Below, piece by piece: positions 59,568-64,000 of a stretch of 64,000 bases of DNA. The notes beneath the pieces were generated by a model, which saw only the letters and a list, made by a program, of their open reading frames with translations, was not told the origin of the DNA and made no database searches. The stretch covers positions 99,113 to 163,112 of the forward strand of contig JAQBHB010000031.1 in the NCBI GenBank assembly GCA_032128115.1, read 5' to 3'. The position numbers and the translations under genes were made by a program. The number at the start of each line of letters is the position of its first letter. Position 1 is the stretch's first letter. The stretch comes from Deltaproteobacteria bacterium. Its GTDB lineage: Bacteria; Myxococcota_A; UBA9160; SMWR01.

Positions 59568-61883
59568 ATGCGTGTGTTTGCGTTTCGGGAAGTCATCGCT
59601 TCGGCGGCTCGATGGGGGACCGTTTCTTTCCTGGCCCTTGGCCTGGTGGGGGCTTCGAGCGCCTGGTCGAAGGAGACGCTCCAGCAGGTCATGAAGCGCC
59701 GTGGACTCACCCAGGAGAACATCCTGGCGGCGTCCAAGACCTACCTACCCACAGGCAAGCGCGACGAGTTCCTCGCCTTCTCATCGGGCGGCCAGAGCGG
59801 CAGCGTCATCGTGTACGGAATCCCCTCGATGCGCATCCTCAAGTACATCGCGGTCTTCACGCCCGAACCGTGGCAGGCCTACGGCTTCGACGACGAGTCG
59901 AAGGCGGTTCTCGATCAGGGTCGGATCGGCGGACGCGACATCTCCTGGGGCGATACACACCACCCGGCTCTCTCGGAAACCAACGGGGATTACGACGGCC
60001 AGTATCTCTTCATCAACGACAAGGCGAATCCGCGCCTGGCGGTGATCGATCTGCACGACTTCGAGACCAAGCAGATCGTCGTGAACCCGATCTTCCAGTC
60101 CGAGCACGGTGGCGCCTTCGTGAGTGAGAACACCGAATACGTGATCGAGGCCGCACAGTATCCGGCGCCCCTGGGCGGCGCGTACGCGCCGCTGGAGCGA
60201 TTCAACGAGGAGTACCGGGGAGGCGTCACCTACTGGAAGTTCGACCGGGAAAAGGGGCGGCTTGATCCCAAGCGTTCGTTCGCCATCGAGCTGCCGCCCT
60301 ACTCCCAGGACCTCTCGGACTTCGGAAAGCTCGCAAGCTCCGGCTGGTCGTTCACCAACTCGTTCTGTAGCGAGCGCTACGTGGGCGGCATCGAGCGCGG
60401 CGTGCCGCCGTTCGAGGCCGGCTGCTCCGCCAAGGACACCGATTACCTCCACGTGATCAATTGGCGCAAGGCGGCCGAGGTCGCCGCGGCGGGCAAGGTC
60501 AAGAAGATCAACGGCTTCCCGGTCATCTCGATGGACACGGCCGTGCAGGAGGGGCTCGTCTACCTGATCCCCGAGCCGAAGAGCCCCCACGGCATCGACG
60601 TCACACCGGACGGCAAATACATGGTGATCTCCGGGAAGCTCGACAGCCACGTCTTCGTCTACAGTTGGGACAAGATCAAGGCGGCGATCGATGGCAAGAA
60701 GTTCGCCAACAAGGACCCGTACGGGATTCCGATCATCGACATGAAGCAGGTTCTCCACACCCAGGTGCCGCTCGGCCTCGGGCCCCTGCACACGCAGTAC
60801 GACTCGAAGACGGGTGTGGCCTACACCTCGCTCTACGTGGACTCGATGGTCGCCCAATGGGACTATCTCAATGGCAAGCTCCTGGGCCGGATTCCGATCC
60901 ATTACAACATCGGGCACCTGATGACGATGCACGGAGATACCGTGCAGCCGCGCGGCAAGTACCTGGTTGCGCTCAACAAGCTGGCCATCGATCGCTTCAA
61001 TCCCGTCGGCCCCCTGCACCCCCAGAACCACCAGCTGATCGACATCGCAGGCGACGAGATGGAGCTGCTGTACGACATGCCCATCCCGCTGGGCGAGCCC
61101 CACTATTCGGTGGCCATCGACGCAACGCTTCTCAAGCCCGCCGTGCGCTACCCCTCGGGCACCAATACGCGCACCGGTGAGATCTCTCCGGCCAAGACGC
61201 GAGCCGGTGAAGAGAGAACGGTCCGCAACGGCACGAAGGTCGAGGTCTTCGGAACCCTGATCCGCTCCCACATCACCCCGGAAATCATCGAGGTGAACGA
61301 AGGCGACGACGTCACGATCCACCTCACGAACCTGGAGCGGGCTGAGGATCAGACCCACGGCTTCACGATCAGCAAGTACAACGTGAACGGCTCGTGGGAA
61401 CCTGGAAAGACGGCGTCGCTGAGCTTCACGGCGCATACGCCGGGTGTCTTTCCCTACTACTGCACCGAGTTCTGCTCGGCGCTCCACCTGGAGATGGAGG
61501 GGTACCTGCTCGTCAAGCCGAAGGGCTACAAGGCCCAGGTCGGCGAGCTGATGGCCAAGGACCAGTACACCCAGGTCGACTACGACAAGCAGGTCGCGAC
61601 CAACGTGGCCACCCAGAAGACGATCGACGAGGTGGTAGGCTTCATCACCAGCCACAACTACAAGGACTTCCCCGATGTGGTGGCGCTGGTAGAAGACGCC
61701 ACCGATCAGCTGGGCCGGGCCGGGGGCCCCAAGAAGCAGTCCGAGGACGCGGCAGCGGCGGGCAACTGGAACAGCGCAACGCTGTGGGCCGGCCAGTGGT
61801 GGCAGTATCAGGTAAAGGCCGCCGACATCGGGCTGCGCGCCAAGACCTACCTCGAGCAGCACGGTGCCAAGCGTGTCGAGTAG
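59568..61883 (+). CDS. nosZ: Nitrous-oxide reductase, clade II (Sec-type) with C-terminal helical extension
   Basis: SGGQSG, WGDTHH, SEHG, KSPHG, GPLHT, IGH, EPH; CuA HGF..CTEFCSALHLEM; no Tat motif; GGAGG SD. Confidence 0.97.
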   Translation: MRVFAFREVIASAARWGTVSFLALGLVGASSAWSKETLQQVMKRRGLTQENILAASKTYLPTGKRDEFLAFSSGGQSGSVIVYGIPSMRILKYIAVFTPEPWQAYGFDDESKAVLDQGRIGGRDISWGDTHHPALSETNGDYDGQYLFINDKANPRLAVIDLHDFETKQIVVNPIFQSEHGGAFVSENTEYVIEAAQYPAPLGGAYAPLERFNEEYRGGVTYWKFDREKGRLDPKRSFAIELPPYSQDLSDFGKLASSGWSFTNSFCSERYVGGIERGVPPFEAGCSAKDTDYLHVINWRKAAEVAAAGKVKKINGFPVISMDTAVQEGLVYLIPEPKSPHGIDVTPDGKYMVISGKLDSHVFVYSWDKIKAAIDGKKFANKDPYGIPIIDMKQVLHTQVPLGLGPLHTQYDSKTGVAYTSLYVDSMVAQWDYLNGKLLGRIPIHYNIGHLMTMHGDTVQPRGKYLVALNKLAIDRFNPVGPLHPQNHQLIDIAGDEMELLYDMPIPLGEPHYSVAIDATLLKPAVRYPSGTNTRTGEISPAKTRAGEERTVRNGTKVEVFGTLIRSHITPEIIEVNEGDDVTIHLTNLERAEDQTHGFTISKYNVNGSWEPGKTASLSFTAHTPGVFPYYCTEFCSALHLEMEGYLLVKPKGYKAQVGELMAKDQYTQVDYDKQVATNVATQKTIDEVVGFITSHNYKDFPDVVALVEDATDQLGRAGGPKKQSEDAAAAGNWNSATLWAGQWWQYQVKAADIGLRAKTYLEQHGAKRVE

Positions 61884-62211
61884 AGCGACGGCCGCGCTCC
61901 TGCTTTCGGGTCTCCTGGTGGTGGCGGCGGGCAGCGTAAAGCCCGCCGCCAGCCAGGAGCCCGATGGCGAAACCCTTTACAAGGAACGCACGTGCATTGC
62001 GTGCCACGGGCCCGACGCCAAGACGCCGCTTCTGCCCGAATATCCTAAGCTGGCCGGCCAGAATGCAGCCTATATGCTCCAGCAGATGAAGGACATCAAG
62101 AGCGGTGCTCGATCGAACGGAAACACGCCGGCCATGCGAGGCGTGATGCATCTGGTGTCCGATGCGGATATGGAAGTGCTCGCAGGATACCTGTCGAGCC
62201 TCAAGCCCTAG
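61864..62211 (+). CDS. Monoheme cytochrome c (c553-like)
   Basis: CIACH, PKLAGQ, distal Met; signal peptide. Confidence 0.9.
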   Translation: MPSVSSRATAALLLSGLLVVAAGSVKPAASQEPDGETLYKERTCIACHGPDAKTPLLPEYPKLAGQNAAYMLQQMKDIKSGARSNGNTPAMRGVMHLVSDADMEVLAGYLSSLKP

Positions 62212-62234
62212 AACCCCGGCATGGAGGAGGTCTC

Positions 62235-62972
62235 ATGAGATCGATCAGGTGTGGAGCGTTCGTCGCTGGATTTGCCGTCGTCGCGATTGCGGCGGCGGGC
62301 GCCCAGGCCCAGGCTCCCGCGCCCAAGGGCCAGGGGATCGAATCCGAGGGCTACGAGTGGAACGAGGCCATCGGCGAGAAGGTGGTAGCCCTGACTCTGA
62401 CGGGAAATGTGGAGAACGGAGAGGAGGCGTTCGAAATCTGTTCGGCGTGCCACCTGCCGACCGGAGCCGGACGGCCCGATGGCACATTCCCGCAGCTCGC
62501 GGGCCAGCATACCACCGTCATCATCAAGCAGATCGCCGACATCCGCGAGGGCAGACGCGACAACCCGATCATGTACCCGTTCGCGAAGACCCTGACCGAC
62601 TCCCAGGAGCTCGCCGACGTGGCGGCCTACATCGAAACACTCCCGATCCCCAGCGACAATGGCAAGGGGCCGGGCACCGACCTGGGGCGCGGCCAGATGC
62701 TCTACAAGCGCGATTGCGTGAAGTGCCACGGGGAAAATGGCCAGGGAAACCGGGATGACTTCTATCCCGTGCTCGCGGGTCAGCACTACAAGTATCTGCT
62801 GCGCCAGATCGAGGACATCGCCGCCCTGCGCCGACGCAACGCCAACCCGGACATGGTGAAGGTGGTGAAGACCTACGACGAGGCGGAACTCATGGCCGTG
62901 GTCGACTACATGTCGCGGATTCGCTGGCCCGAACGCGAGGCGAAGCCCGGGAGCGGCGCCGGTGACAGCTGA
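62235..62972 (+). CDS. Diheme cytochrome c4-type
   Basis: CSACH and CVKCH, two PxLAGQ motifs. Confidence 0.92.
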   Translation: MRSIRCGAFVAGFAVVAIAAAGAQAQAPAPKGQGIESEGYEWNEAIGEKVVALTLTGNVENGEEAFEICSACHLPTGAGRPDGTFPQLAGQHTTVIIKQIADIREGRRDNPIMYPFAKTLTDSQELADVAAYIETLPIPSDNGKGPGTDLGRGQMLYKRDCVKCHGENGQGNRDDFYPVLAGQHYKYLLRQIEDIAALRRRNANPDMVKVVKTYDEAELMAVVDYMSRIRWPEREAKPGSGAGDS

Positions 62973-63621
62973 GGAAAGCGCGACCAATACGCGGCTGTTT
63001 CGGCTACTGGTCGTGGCCGGACTCCTGCTGATGGTGGCCGCCTTCTTTTCGCCCATGTGGTGGGTTTCGCTGAAGGCCCCCAACTACCCCGAGCACACGT
63101 TTCCCGACGGGGTCCGGATCCACATGCACTGGAACGGGGTCACCAACGGCTGCAAGCCCCGCGAGTCGGGTGAGGTGTTCGACGATGAAGGGCTCGACTG
63201 TGTTCACGAGATGAACACGATCAACCACTACATCGGCATGCATCCGATCGAGGTCGGTGCGCGCGTCGAGTTCGCGGCGGCCCCGTATCTCTTCATCGCG
63301 TTCGGCATCCTCCTCGTCGTGTTCCTGTTCTACCGTGGCCGGCTCTGGTGGCTGCTCCCGATTCCCGCCATTGCGCTGCCCGTGGCGTTCCTCGCCGACT
63401 TCGTGTTCTGGATGTGGTGGTTCGGGCACAACCTGAACGAGTGGGCCGCGTTCACCGTTAAGCCGTTCATGCCCACAGTGCTCGGCGTCGGCAAGGTGGC
63501 CCAATTCAACACCTTCGCGTATCCCCACATCGGATTGCTACTCACCGTAACCTGTTCGCTCTGCCTGATTCTCGCGCTCCTGATCCGTCGCAAAGAGCTC
63601 GCGGGCGGAACCCCGGCATGA
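62962..63621 (+). CDS. nosB: NosB membrane protein of clade II nos clusters
   Basis: LKAPNYP, EMNTINHYIGM, FGHNL, FMPTVLGVGKVAQF. Confidence 0.85.
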   Translation: MTAEESATNTRLFRLLVVAGLLLMVAAFFSPMWWVSLKAPNYPEHTFPDGVRIHMHWNGVTNGCKPRESGEVFDDEGLDCVHEMNTINHYIGMHPIEVGARVEFAAAPYLFIAFGILLVVFLFYRGRLWWLLPIPAIALPVAFLADFVFWMWWFGHNLNEWAAFTVKPFMPTVLGVGKVAQFNTFAYPHIGLLLTVTCSLCLILALLIRRKELAGGTPA

Positions 63622-64000
63622 ACCGGAAGCGCCCACTGCGCGCACTGCGCGGCGGCTTCGGTGCAGCGGTGGTGGCCCTGTGGGCTGCTGCCGCCGGAGC
63701 CCTGCCCGCCTTCCAGGAGCTGGTGGACGCTACGCCCGCCGGCGGGACGCTGCGCCCGCCGCCGGGGATCTATGCAGGGCCGGTGGTGATCCGCAAGCCG
63801 CTTTCCATCGAGGGGGACGGAGGCGTGACCATCGACGCCGGCGGCAGCGGCTCGGTGGTCAAGTTGCTCGCCAGTGGCGTCGTGCTGCGGGGCCTCCACC
63901 TCCGGAACTCCGGCGAGAACCACGACACCCTCGACGCCGGAATCCAGGTTCGCGGCGACGACAACCTGATCGCGGACAACGTGATCGAGGACTGTCTGTT
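63618..64000 (+). CDS. nosD: NosD maturation protein (truncated by the window end)
   Basis: Manual translation: LPAFQELVDATPAGGTLRPPPGIYAGPVVIRKPLSIEG..IDAGGSGSVV..NSGENHDTLDAGIQVRG. Confidence 0.88.
   Translation, partial: MNRKRPLRALRGGFGAAVVALWAAAAGALPAFQELVDATPAGGTLRPPPGIYAGPVVIRKPLSIEGDGGVTIDAGGSGSVVKLLASGVVLRGLHLRNSGENHDTLDAGIQVRGDDNLIADNVIEDCL

Overview
High-GC, gene-dense bacterial chromosome segment. PEP-CTERM protein, F420-type LLM oxidoreductase, CaiB transferases, sulfatases and several sigma-54 promoters suggest a Myxococcota/deltaproteobacteria-like genome, possibly a long-read MAG (inference). In order: an uncharacterised envelope operon (FHA-like/PEGA/FGE-fold protein, pseudokinase-TPR protein, two lipoproteins, convergent VWA-like tail); msrA, SDR, xth, CoA transferase, LLM oxidoreductase; a sigma-54-driven PEP-CTERM gene; a sulfatase-like gene; TetR-MFP-RND efflux; tesB, type-2 valS, htrA; zinc-independent rpsN-rpmE2-rpmB; a MAPEG gene with an attC-like site; arylsulfatase; S1P-lyase-like enzyme; small lipoproteins; a sigma-54 operon of two paralogous 2TM histidine kinases, an NtrC-type regulator and PspA; hydrolases; ferredoxin reductase; tupBCA; degenerate NucS-like protein; BCP; DUF1800/DUF1501; Coq4-like; an FG-GAP/SpvB-like fragment; two SGNH proteins flanking a GAF-GGDEF-EAL plus NBD-only Hsp70 pair; and the start of a clade II nos cluster (nosZ, two cytochromes c, nosB, nosD). 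Three genes carry single frameshifts, probably sequencing indels. No tRNA, rRNA, CRISPR array or intact transposase was seen. Best candidates for undescribed systems: the pseudo-enzyme envelope operon (1-7273) and the 2TM-kinase/PspA sigma-54 module (35871-40691). All family calls come from motif recognition, not database searches.
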